The translations under genes were made by a program, and so were the position numbers. From IMG/VR virus record IMGVR_UViG_3300042480_000533: a DNA stretch of 64,000 bases; one strand, written 5' to 3'. Shown one piece after another: positions 38,011 to 47,118 of this stretch; within the stretch, counting starts at the first letter, position 1, and each line of letters starts with the position of its first letter. Origin of the DNA: an uncultured virus (IMG/VR IMGVR_UViG_3300042480_000533) (lineage: Duplodnaviria; Heunggongvirae; Uroviricota; Caudoviricetes). Below the pieces are notes generated by a model. The model saw nothing but the letters and a program-made list of their open reading frames with translations. It did not search any database and was not told the origin of the DNA.

Positions 38011-38145
38011 ATGTTTACAACTCTCGCATCGTTTGAGTCGTTTCTTGGTTCTGTTTGGTTTGCTGGCCTTCTTGGGCTAGTCGGCTACATTGTTGGTAAT
38101 GTCTTGCCAATCGGCAAGCTTGCCAAGTTTTTCGGAAAGGAGTAA
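38011..38145 (+). CDS. Small single-TM protein, possible holin (44 aa)
   Basis: AGGAG SD; MFTTLASFESFLGSVWFAGLLGLVGYIVG..; upstream of the small terminase. Confidence 0.55.
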   Translation: MFTTLASFESFLGSVWFAGLLGLVGYIVGNVLPIGKLAKFFGKE

Positions 38146-38148
38146 GTC

Positions 38149-38370
38149 TTGAAAGAAAAGCTAAAGCAACTTCAGGAGCTTTTGATTGATCGTCTTATTG
38201 ACGATCTTCAGAATCCCGAGAAGCAGACCCCAGGTCTGTATACGGTCGTTCGGGGCATCCTGACCGACCACAAGGAAAAGGTTGGAGCCATCCCCAGCGA
38301 GGCCATTGAGGCTGTAGAAGCAGCCATGGCCGAGAAGGTTCCATTCAAGCTTAAGAAAGCAGTGTACTAA
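38149..38370 (+). CDS. Terminase small subunit (gp18-like)
   Basis: L..L...L...L, L.V.R..L.D, C-terminal VPF; directly upstream of the large subunit. Confidence 0.7.
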   Translation: MKEKLKQLQELLIDRLIDDLQNPEKQTPGLYTVVRGILTDHKEKVGAIPSEAIEAVEAAMAEKVPFKLKKAVY

Positions 38371-38379
38371 GGAGGGTAG

Positions 38380-40050
38380 ATGAAGGTTCCCCAGGAAGTC
38401 ATAGATGACTTTAGAAATCATTTGTTCTTTTGTTTCAAGTATCTTGGTCTTGGAGAACCTACCCGAATTCAGTACGAGATCGCAAGAGAGTACCAAGAAG
38501 GTGCCAATGACTCTATCCTAGCGGCAGGAAGAGGCACTGGTAAGTCAACCATTACGGCATGTGCCAGCAGCTGGGAATGGCTTAGGGATCCCAACCTCAC
38601 CTTCTTGGTGCTTTCTAACACGCAGTCCAAAGCTATTGACTTTGTGTCCCAGTCTAGAAAGATCCTTAGTGTTGTACCATATTGCCAATATCTACTGCCA
38701 AGGGATATCGACAAAGACAACGCCCTTGGATTCAATGTTGCAGTTAGGTCAAAGTTTACCCAAGACCTTAGTTGTGCCGCCAGGGGTATCACAGGTCAGA
38801 TTACGGGTCTTCACGCAGATCGTATCATTTTAGATGACATTGAAATTTCTGGTAAGAATGAAACACCATTGGGTAAGGAAGCATTGCTTAAGAAACTAGC
38901 CGAACTGGAGTCAATCAGAAACAAAGGATCACGGGTTATCTTCCTAGGTACTCCTCACTACCAGGATTCCATTTACAACTCCCTAAAGGAGTCGTACCCC
39001 ATGATCAAGTATCCAGCCGAGATGCCTGACTCTTCAATCCCATATGAAGTAGAAGATGTGGCTCCGTGGGTTCTAGACCTTGGTATAGAACCTGGGATGC
39101 CTACGCAGCCAGAGCGATTTGATGCAGACTTACTAGCAAGCAGAAAAGCCAAGATTGGTCCAAGTCACTATGCGCTCCAGTACAAGCTAGTTACAAACCT
39201 AGCCGACATGGACAAGTACCCCCTAAAACTCAGGGATCTTATTGTAATGGATGTCCACCCATCCTTGGCACCTGATAAGTTGATCTGGCAAGGCCAGAAC
39301 CTTATGCAGGGCATACCTATGTTTGGTATCTCAGGTGATGCTGTCCCAGAACCAATGCACATATCCACCAACTTTATGCCATATCAGCATAAGCACATGG
39401 CTATTGACACATCGGGTCGTGGTACCAACGAAACTGGTATCTGCGTAGCTGGTGTTCTTTCGGGTACGACTTTTATTGCAGAGTTGCTGGGTGTTGCGGG
39501 TGGTTATGATGAACCTACTCTAAAGAAGATCTGTGCTCTTATAAATGAATATGAGTTACCATTGGTTAGGATTGAGTCTAACTTTGGTGACGGTATGTTT
39601 TCAAAGATCTTGGCACCAGTGATTGCTGCTAACTGTCCCCACCAAGTGGGTATTGAAGAGTTCAAAGTAACGGGTCAAAAAGAAAGACGGATCATAGACA
39701 TCTTAGAACCAGTGATGTCTTCCCATAGGCTTGTAATTGACCGCAAGGCAATTATGAACCATGAGAACCAAATCCAACTTACCAGACTACATAGGGGTAA
39801 AGGAGCCTTGAAGAACGATGACCGTGTCGATGCCCTTAGTCACGCTGTTGCGTTTTACAAGGATCACATGTCAACAGACAAGCAAAAGGTATCCGAAGAC
39901 CTTAAGAAAAAGGAATGGCTAAAGACCATAAAGAACTGGTCTGAAAACTTTAGGGCTGCTGACTATGCCCCCACTAGTGGAGCAATCAGAGTAATAAGCA
40001 CTACTGCTAAAAAGAAACCAAATAGATCATCCAGACAATGGGGCTGGTAA
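38380..40050 (+). CDS. Terminase large subunit (gp19-like)
   Basis: RG.GKS, G..AD.II.DDIE, LGTP, ID.SGRG..ET, ESNFGDG, DDRVDAL. Confidence 0.96.
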   Translation: MKVPQEVIDDFRNHLFFCFKYLGLGEPTRIQYEIAREYQEGANDSILAAGRGTGKSTITACASSWEWLRDPNLTFLVLSNTQSKAIDFVSQSRKILSVVPYCQYLLPRDIDKDNALGFNVAVRSKFTQDLSCAARGITGQITGLHADRIILDDIEISGKNETPLGKEALLKKLAELESIRNKGSRVIFLGTPHYQDSIYNSLKESYPMIKYPAEMPDSSIPYEVEDVAPWVLDLGIEPGMPTQPERFDADLLASRKAKIGPSHYALQYKLVTNLADMDKYPLKLRDLIVMDVHPSLAPDKLIWQGQNLMQGIPMFGISGDAVPEPMHISTNFMPYQHKHMAIDTSGRGTNETGICVAGVLSGTTFIAELLGVAGGYDEPTLKKICALINEYELPLVRIESNFGDGMFSKILAPVIAANCPHQVGIEEFKVTGQKERRIIDILEPVMSSHRLVIDRKAIMNHENQIQLTRLHRGKGALKNDDRVDALSHAVAFYKDHMSTDKQKVSEDLKKKEWLKTIKNWSENFRAADYAPTSGAIRVISTTAKKKPNRSSRQWGW

Positions 40051-40060
40051 GGAGAGTACA

Positions 40061-40837
40061 ATGGAACCAATGACAATGATCGCTCTAGGGTCAGCGGTGG
40101 CTGGTGGATTAAGTTCCATCTTTGGTGGTCGTTCCCAAAGTGCTGCCATAGCTGCCCAGAATCAACAAGCATTTAGAAACTGGATTGCTCAAAACAATCA
40201 AAAAGCCATTAATAACGCTAAGTCTCAGTTTGAGTCTGCCCAGGCTTTTGCTCAACAGATGAAAAGAAACGAGGCTATTACTAAAGCCGCATGGGAATAT
40301 GAGTGGGATGCTAAGCAAGCCGTAAAGGACTCCGTGACCTTCCAACAGGGAGAGCTTAGCAAGCAGCTACAAGCCCAGCGGGGGGCTTTGGTCAATGACA
40401 TCCTATCCAGAGGGGTCTCCAAGAACAGCGGGCTGTACGCGGCGTTAAACATGTCCCAAAGCATCAATGCACTAAGAGCTGCCAAGTCATTTGAAAAGAA
40501 TGCAATGGTACAACTAAACAACATTACAAAACAAAAGCAATCAATGCTTCAACAAACAACCGAAAATGTGTTTATGCCAAACATTGCTATGTTTGATGAC
40601 CAGCCCATTTACGGTGATGCGGGAGCTGCTAGGACAGCTGGAATGGTGTCTGGTTTGGTTCAAATTGGCGGTGCCTTTGCGGGCGCTGCTATAGGATCTA
40701 TGGGTTCAACATCTTCTTCAAGCCCAAGTCCAGCACAATATAGTGATGGTGGTTTGGGTTCTTCAAGTAATGTAGAAAATTTCAGTAATACTCCACAATC
40801 TGTTGGTAGTGTTTCTGGTAATAATGCAATAGGATAA
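40061..40837 (+). CDS. Internal virion protein (gp14-like)
   Basis: MEP..hydrophobic Gly/Ala N-terminus, Gln-rich helix, Gly-rich C-terminal segment. Confidence 0.75.
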   Translation: MEPMTMIALGSAVAGGLSSIFGGRSQSAAIAAQNQQAFRNWIAQNNQKAINNAKSQFESAQAFAQQMKRNEAITKAAWEYEWDAKQAVKDSVTFQQGELSKQLQAQRGALVNDILSRGVSKNSGLYAALNMSQSINALRAAKSFEKNAMVQLNNITKQKQSMLQQTTENVFMPNIAMFDDQPIYGDAGAARTAGMVSGLVQIGGAFAGAAIGSMGSTSSSSPSPAQYSDGGLGSSSNVENFSNTPQSVGSVSGNNAIG

Positions 40838-40847
40838 AGGAGCAATA

Positions 40848-43800
40848 ATGTCAAGAGTTAATTCACAAGGTTTACTAGGTTTTAACCAAGCAGCCCCATC
40901 TGTTGAAATTGCAGCCCCCGCTCCTCAGTTTATTGAAAGCCGTTCCGTAGGTGGCCAAATGCAGGTGGCTCAGCCTAGGCAACAAGTAGGACCATCGTCA
41001 GAAGAAGCCTCTTATGCAGCCCTTGCTCAAATTGCTGGGGGCGTAGCTAAGGGTCTTGATGTTTTTGCGGACATTGGTTCTAGACTAGAAAAGGAAAAAG
41101 TTCAGAAAGCACAGCTCCTTTTTGATGAAATTGATGCTGATGAAACCATAGATGGCAATACAAAGTTTACAAAACTAGAAGACGGTTTAAAAGGAATCTA
41201 TACCCCACTGTTAGGCGAAAACTGGAAGAAAGACATTAACAACAGGGTAAAAAAACAATGGCTTTCGGGAGATGCCATGGATTCGTTTGAAGAGAGGCGA
41301 TATAAGTCTGAGCTAGGTGACTTTCTTAATAGCAGAAACCTAGACAGAAACTCACAAATTACGCCAGAGCTATTGGATGTGTTCCAACAAGAGTACGAGA
41401 ATAGACATCCCCTTGCTAGACAGGTATCCTGGTATCAAACCACAAAGGCAGATAACAAAGCCAAGGTTGCTATAAATGCAACACACAGTACTAGGGTCAG
41501 AGTAAAAGCAGCTGTAGATAGTCTGATGCAACTACCATCCGAGAGTACTTTTAATGAGTATACCTTAACAAATGACCCAAAAGTTAAACGAGAAATAGAA
41601 CAAAACTTCCCAGTATATTTTGATTTGGCAAACAAAATTCCAAACGATGCCACTGGTGAAGAAGTTTTTGAGTTTGTTGCTTCACATGTAAAAGACACCT
41701 TACAACCCCAGCTGCAAAATGTACCAGACGACATAAAAGAAGAAATACTTAGGGCAGTAGATTCTTCAATAGTTGAAAAAGCCCCTATGTTTAATCTTCT
41801 TAAGCGGGTACAAAAATCAATGGCCGCAGAGTCTGAGGCAGGGTCTAACATCGCAGCCGCTGTGAATGTATTTAACGCAAACAAAAAAACTAATGATTTA
41901 CTTGTGCAAGTAGCGGCTAACATTAATGTATTACCACCAGACCAGCGACAAGGTATTGTAAGTTCTTTGGTTCCTAAAGTATTCCAAGCAAAACTAGATG
42001 AGACACCAGGTGTATCTCCACACGAGATTTGGGAAAAAATTAAAGAAGAACTTGACGATTTTAAAAACTGGGATACTGTATTACCCGCTGGAATAGATTA
42101 TCAAACTTGGATCAAAGTTCAAAGAGAAGCGCTTATTAGTACCCCAGAATGGAAAAACAGAGTTGGTAATGCCTTAAATGAAACCGCGCTTGACTTGGGC
42201 GTGATAAAACCTCTAGCTGAAAAGCTTCCAAAGAATGTTGTTGAAGCTAGACTAGAAGCCGTTTATACAAGCCTTGCTAAAAGCGTAGGCATTCCAGAAG
42301 ACAAACAAAGTGAATTTGTCCAGTATTTATTCTCTGCTGGGCGGGGTGTTGTTGGAGGCGTTGATACAATTTTCCTAGACCATAGTTCTTTCAGGGATTG
42401 GTGGAACCAAATGCCAGGGGATTTAAAGACAATCCTAAAAGACAATGGGTTTGAGAAAGATTCATATGCTGATCTAAAAACAAAAATGTATGGTATGGTG
42501 TTTGATGGCATAAACATTCAAATCCAAAGTGGCTCAAAACAAGAAGAAACTGGTAGTGTCAGTCAGTTAAGGGAATTGCCCACACCAGAAGAAGCATCTA
42601 TTAGCTTACTTACGGCTAGCCCAGCAAAAATTGAAGGGATTAGAAGTGCCATAAAAGACCCAAGTATTCTTGGTCAATTAAACGAAAAAGATAGGGTTAA
42701 AATAATAACAGAAATTGGTCAGCTTAATCATGTAGCAACTACATTACCAGGCTGGCTAGATGAAACTGTTAAAAAGCTTAAGTTAGACAACGCTTCAGAT
42801 TGGAATCTAAGTGAAGGTGTTCAACGAGTAATGGATTTGGATCCTGCTGAAAGCCGCGATAGGATTTTGGGTCTGTCTGGGGTAAGGCCCATGAATTTTT
42901 CAAAAAGAAACATTGCTGACGAAAACGGAAGATTAACACCAGATGGTTTGGGTGACTTACTGATTTATAGACACATGCTTCACCATATGCTTAGAAATGG
43001 TTATGATACTCCAGAACTCAGGGAATATGTAACCGATTTTAAAACAATCTTGACCAACATAAAAGAAAGGGGCATAGATAGGGTTCCGTATAATGAGCTT
43101 TATACAGCAGTTACCATTGCCCAAGCAATACAAGACTCAGGTAAAACAGCCGACATTGTTAGTTCTTTTGGAATTGGAAGCGATTCAATAAGCGCATTTT
43201 CAATGATGGCCGCTATGCCTATGGCTTCTTTTGTAGAAATTAATTCCTTTGATTCTCGCTTTAGAGCAAACGCTGAACAAGTAAAACAACTACTAAGTGT
43301 AGCGGCTCAGTTCCAAGGCGCTGGAGATTTTGGAGATAGAGGAAATCCTGTACACTTTTCATTATCACAATCTAGAACAGGATACAGGAGTATTGGAGAG
43401 GATTTAATTGCCACGGCTAATCTAGGTTCAAATGATTACAGAAAACCAGAAGTTCTGCAATCAACTGTGAGAGCACTTGGTTTTGGAAGTTCAGAATTAT
43501 TTTACAAATTTGTTGGAACTCTTGTTGACCTCCCAGAATGGAACAGTAGTTCTGGTGCTTATGTAAGCATTCAAGATGCAAACGGAAACAAAACAACAAA
43601 GCAACTAAAGGATTTTGGAGATTCTGATAAGGTTTTATTTGCGTTAGAAAGACTGAGTAACGCACAAGGAACAACAGAAAACGCGGAACGATTGTTATCT
43701 ATGTTTCTGTATTTAGCTGACGAAAAAGTACAAGTCTCTGATCTAAACAAAATCCAAATAGGAAAAACCCTACTGTATCCCGAAGATAGGCTAGGACTAA

Positions 43801-44516
43801 CCGCACCCCCAAGAGTTTTTTTTGAAAAAACAACAACCATAAAAAACGAAGGATTTGTAAATACCCAAAGACAGGACCTAAGCTTTGAAGAAATTAATGA
43901 AACTGGACAAAATGCACCATTTTCTATGCGGGAAGTCAAGGGAACTGTTAAAAGAACTTTAGATGGCTTAAGTCAAATAAGCCCTGATGAATCTCGGTAT
44001 TCAATCGAAAATTTTTACCTATCTTCAGAACTAGACCTAGCTGGATACTTGGTTATGGCTGATGAAAACTATTCCGAAGAAGAGTACACACACATCCTAG
44101 ATCAAGTGTATGTGCAAGCTGGTGTTGCAGTACAATCTAGAAAAGCCCCAACAACACCAAGGGCTAGAAACCAAACCTTGTTTGATCGGCTTAACGAAAA
44201 CCCCGTGTTTAAGGAAGTACTAAAAAAAGAACTAGACAAAACAACAACTCAGTTTGCTTTTAGAATCAACACAAAAAGAAACTATGAAACAGGTGAGTTT
44301 TATCCAGTTCTTGAAATAGGTTCAAGAGTCATTCGGTTAGATAAGCCAAATACAGGAACCGTGTTTAAAAGAGAAAGACCAGTTATAAGATCAAAACAAG
44401 CAATAGAAAAAGAAAAAGAAGCGATTACAGCAAACATCCTAAAAATTAGAAACATAACTCAACCAAAACCGACAAACCAAATACAGTTTAAAATGCCGTT
44501 CCCTGGTAAGATGTAA
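40848..44516 (+). CDS. Internal virion protein (gp15-like, 1222 aa)
   Basis: Position, N-terminal Pro/Gln-rich segment then LAQIAGG, mostly helical. Confidence 0.65.
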   Translation: MSRVNSQGLLGFNQAAPSVEIAAPAPQFIESRSVGGQMQVAQPRQQVGPSSEEASYAALAQIAGGVAKGLDVFADIGSRLEKEKVQKAQLLFDEIDADETIDGNTKFTKLEDGLKGIYTPLLGENWKKDINNRVKKQWLSGDAMDSFEERRYKSELGDFLNSRNLDRNSQITPELLDVFQQEYENRHPLARQVSWYQTTKADNKAKVAINATHSTRVRVKAAVDSLMQLPSESTFNEYTLTNDPKVKREIEQNFPVYFDLANKIPNDATGEEVFEFVASHVKDTLQPQLQNVPDDIKEEILRAVDSSIVEKAPMFNLLKRVQKSMAAESEAGSNIAAAVNVFNANKKTNDLLVQVAANINVLPPDQRQGIVSSLVPKVFQAKLDETPGVSPHEIWEKIKEELDDFKNWDTVLPAGIDYQTWIKVQREALISTPEWKNRVGNALNETALDLGVIKPLAEKLPKNVVEARLEAVYTSLAKSVGIPEDKQSEFVQYLFSAGRGVVGGVDTIFLDHSSFRDWWNQMPGDLKTILKDNGFEKDSYADLKTKMYGMVFDGINIQIQSGSKQEETGSVSQLRELPTPEEASISLLTASPAKIEGIRSAIKDPSILGQLNEKDRVKIITEIGQLNHVATTLPGWLDETVKKLKLDNASDWNLSEGVQRVMDLDPAESRDRILGLSGVRPMNFSKRNIADENGRLTPDGLGDLLIYRHMLHHMLRNGYDTPELREYVTDFKTILTNIKERGIDRVPYNELYTAVTIAQAIQDSGKTADIVSSFGIGSDSISAFSMMAAMPMASFVEINSFDSRFRANAEQVKQLLSVAAQFQGAGDFGDRGNPVHFSLSQSRTGYRSIGEDLIATANLGSNDYRKPEVLQSTVRALGFGSSELFYKFVGTLVDLPEWNSSSGAYVSIQDANGNKTTKQLKDFGDSDKVLFALERLSNAQGTTENAERLLSMFLYLADEKVQVSDLNKIQIGKTLLYPEDRLGLTAPPRVFFEKTTTIKNEGFVNTQRQDLSFEEINETGQNAPFSMREVKGTVKRTLDGLSQISPDESRYSIENFYLSSELDLAGYLVMADENYSEEEYTHILDQVYVQAGVAVQSRKAPTTPRARNQTLFDRLNENPVFKEVLKKELDKTTTQFAFRINTKRNYETGEFYPVLEIGSRVIRLDKPNTGTVFKRERPVIRSKQAIEKEKEAITANILKIRNITQPKPTNQIQFKMPFPGKM

Positions 44517-44550
44517 ATACAGTATTTAAAAAATAACTAAGGAAACACAA

Positions 44551-47112
44551 ATGAGTTCTTTTGGCTTACAAACTGCGGTAGATAATTTACTTGCTAATCA
44601 ACCAAAACAAAGATCACTGCAACAAGAGATTACTGACAAGGTTTTGGGACTTACAGTCGATGAAAAAGGACAACCATATTACGCAAACCTAGTATCAGAA
44701 GACCAAGTAAAAGACATAAACGATACTATAATCCGTAGTCTTGGGAGAACTGTAAACCAAAAAGCACTAGAAGACATAGAGCAAGAAATCTCTGAAATTA
44801 AAGCTGGTTCAGATAGATTTTTAGATAAGTTTGCTGCAAGAAACCCAACTCAAATGTTTAATAGAGAAGGCCCAACAAACAGGGACAGTCTGTTTATTGA
44901 CCGCGATGGTGTTGTACAAAAAGATTGGATGAGCTATAATGAACTTACACATGCCGGTAATATCTACGGCAATGTTTTTGAGTTTTTGGGTATGTCGGCT
45001 AATACAGCGTATGAAAAAGCAAACCTTTCGACTAGCGATGCTTTGTTTATGGGTTCAAAAGCCTATGGTAAAATGAAAGCCATGCTGGACGGGAACACAA
45101 CACCAGAACAATATGAGTTTTTACAAGCTAGTAAGTATAGCCCAAGTTATATTAAAAAGTCTTTAAAGTTCTTAAACCCCTATGCATATTTAGACCCAAT
45201 TACTGGTTTGTATGCTTACGAGGGAATGCTTCAAACCCTGCCACTTGCCAGCTCGTTTTACGCAACTGAAAATAATGCTGAATTAGTGTTGTTTCAGAAA
45301 AAAGACCCTGAGTTTGATGGATCTGCTTTGCTTAATCTAATTCAAAAAGAAGATCCAGAGTTTTGGGCATATCTTCAAAATGCAGGACTTACTGAAGATG
45401 ACTTGACAACAGCAAACAATGCATTCGATTTTAGGTATCGAGTAAACTCTGCTGTAAACAATAAAGCAATGGCGCAAGCAGCAGAAGTATACTCAATGAC
45501 CGCTGGACCAATTGAAAAAGCAGCCAGATTTACTTGGGACCAGCTCACAGGTACCATTGATTCACCGGATATGGTTGGTCAGGTAGTCATTGCAGCAGCC
45601 ACTGCTGGTGTTGGTACGGCTATTTCAGGCGCGGCTACATTTACCGCAAGGGCAGGACTAGCCACTGCTCAAACAGGTGCAAGAGCAGCCAAGATTGCCG
45701 AAAGAGCCGCCAAAATTCACAAGGTAGGTCAAGCAATTAAGAAAACCCAAGATTACCTACCAGTAAACATTGCCTCTACCTTGCTTAACAAAACCGTAGG
45801 TCCAACCGTTGGTAATGCAAAGTGGATGAAGTACTTTGTGGGACCAATGGCAACCGAGTTTGTCGAGGAAGGGGCTATTGATGTTGCTAACCAGTTGTTA
45901 AACATCCACAAACTTGATACTCAGGTCTCGTTTGACTATGGTCAAATGACCGAATCAGCTTTTATGGGAGCAGCCATGGGTCCAGTACTTGCTGGTGCTT
46001 TTAAAGTAGCTGGTATTCCTATTTCAATAGCAGGATATGGCCTTAGAATAAGCGGTAACGCGATTTCAGACTTTGCTGTAACAAGAGTACTAGACATTAA
46101 TCCAAGCCGCCTCAGTGAATTTAGGTTGTATATGAACGCCTTTACGGGAACAAACCTAGGTGACCTAAGCGTAGAAGAACAGCATGTTCGTTTAGCAGCA
46201 GAAGCAAGAGCCTTGGTTACAGAATCCTTGCTAAACGAAATGAGCAACAACACCTTCGGTAGATTGGAAGACAAGAAAAACGAAGGTTTTGTAAGTGCCA
46301 TCAGAGCACTAAGTAATATTGAGATGGCCTCGGAAAACACAAACCAAAAGTCAGCATTAGGTGCAGTACTGGCGGTTAACGAGTGGCTAAATAACCTCAA
46401 TACTGGTATTGGTACTTTTGATCCCACTACAGGTGCTTTCCAATCAAACAAGTTGTCACAGTTTATTCAAGAACACCCAGGTTTCCTTGCTGTCAGAGAT
46501 GACGGCAAAGTTACGATGTCTCTTGAAGCATTAGAAACAGTAGTAAGGTTGGTTGCAGCAGGAAACCAAACCACATTTACCGATGCTTCTGAGATCGGTG
46601 CATTGGTTTTGCGGACACAAATAGAAGGTAAGCTAGCCGAAAAGCACAAAGCTGCTGGTATGACAGAAACAGAGGTTGCGGAAGCTGTCAAAAAGGATAT
46701 TCTTGAAAACAGTGAATCCTTTAAAGAAGAAGAAACAAAGATCCTAGCTTTACAAAGCGCGGCTTCAAAGCTCCTTAGTGAAAACCCACCAACCAATACA
46801 TCTAGTACCGAGGCACCAGATCAAGATCTTTTGGTTAACCAAGCAGAGAATGCTGATATAATCGCTAGGAACACAGCAGAAGCGGTAGCTAAGGCTACGC
46901 CTAAGGCTGCGCCTGTGACTGCTCCTACGGCTCCTGAGACTGCTCCTACGGCTCCTGAGACTGCTCCTACGGCTCCTGTGGCTGCACCTACGGCCCCCGA
47001 GGTTGCACCTGAGCCAGAAACAAAACCAACTTCAGCCACAATAACCAATGCTATAGATATCGTCATGTCTAAACCAGAGTTAATTTCTTTGATCAGCAAG
47101 ATTTGTAAGTGA
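44551..47112 (+). CDS. Internal virion protein (853 aa)
   Basis: Gly/Ala-rich hydrophobic segments typical of ejected proteins; Pro/Thr linker near the C-terminus. Confidence 0.65.
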   Translation: MSSFGLQTAVDNLLANQPKQRSLQQEITDKVLGLTVDEKGQPYYANLVSEDQVKDINDTIIRSLGRTVNQKALEDIEQEISEIKAGSDRFLDKFAARNPTQMFNREGPTNRDSLFIDRDGVVQKDWMSYNELTHAGNIYGNVFEFLGMSANTAYEKANLSTSDALFMGSKAYGKMKAMLDGNTTPEQYEFLQASKYSPSYIKKSLKFLNPYAYLDPITGLYAYEGMLQTLPLASSFYATENNAELVLFQKKDPEFDGSALLNLIQKEDPEFWAYLQNAGLTEDDLTTANNAFDFRYRVNSAVNNKAMAQAAEVYSMTAGPIEKAARFTWDQLTGTIDSPDMVGQVVIAAATAGVGTAISGAATFTARAGLATAQTGARAAKIAERAAKIHKVGQAIKKTQDYLPVNIASTLLNKTVGPTVGNAKWMKYFVGPMATEFVEEGAIDVANQLLNIHKLDTQVSFDYGQMTESAFMGAAMGPVLAGAFKVAGIPISIAGYGLRISGNAISDFAVTRVLDINPSRLSEFRLYMNAFTGTNLGDLSVEEQHVRLAAEARALVTESLLNEMSNNTFGRLEDKKNEGFVSAIRALSNIEMASENTNQKSALGAVLAVNEWLNNLNTGIGTFDPTTGAFQSNKLSQFIQEHPGFLAVRDDGKVTMSLEALETVVRLVAAGNQTTFTDASEIGALVLRTQIEGKLAEKHKAAGMTETEVAEAVKKDILENSESFKEEETKILALQSAASKLLSENPPTNTSSTEAPDQDLLVNQAENADIIARNTAEAVAKATPKAAPVTAPTAPETAPTAPETAPTAPVAAPTAPEVAPEPETKPTSATITNAIDIVMSKPELISLISKICK
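46921..47004 (+). repeat. 21-bp coding tandem repeat x4 (APTAPET-like)
   Basis: GCTCCTACGGCTCCTGAGACT twice exactly, plus two degenerate copies. Confidence 0.9.
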
Positions 47113-47118
47113 GGAACC

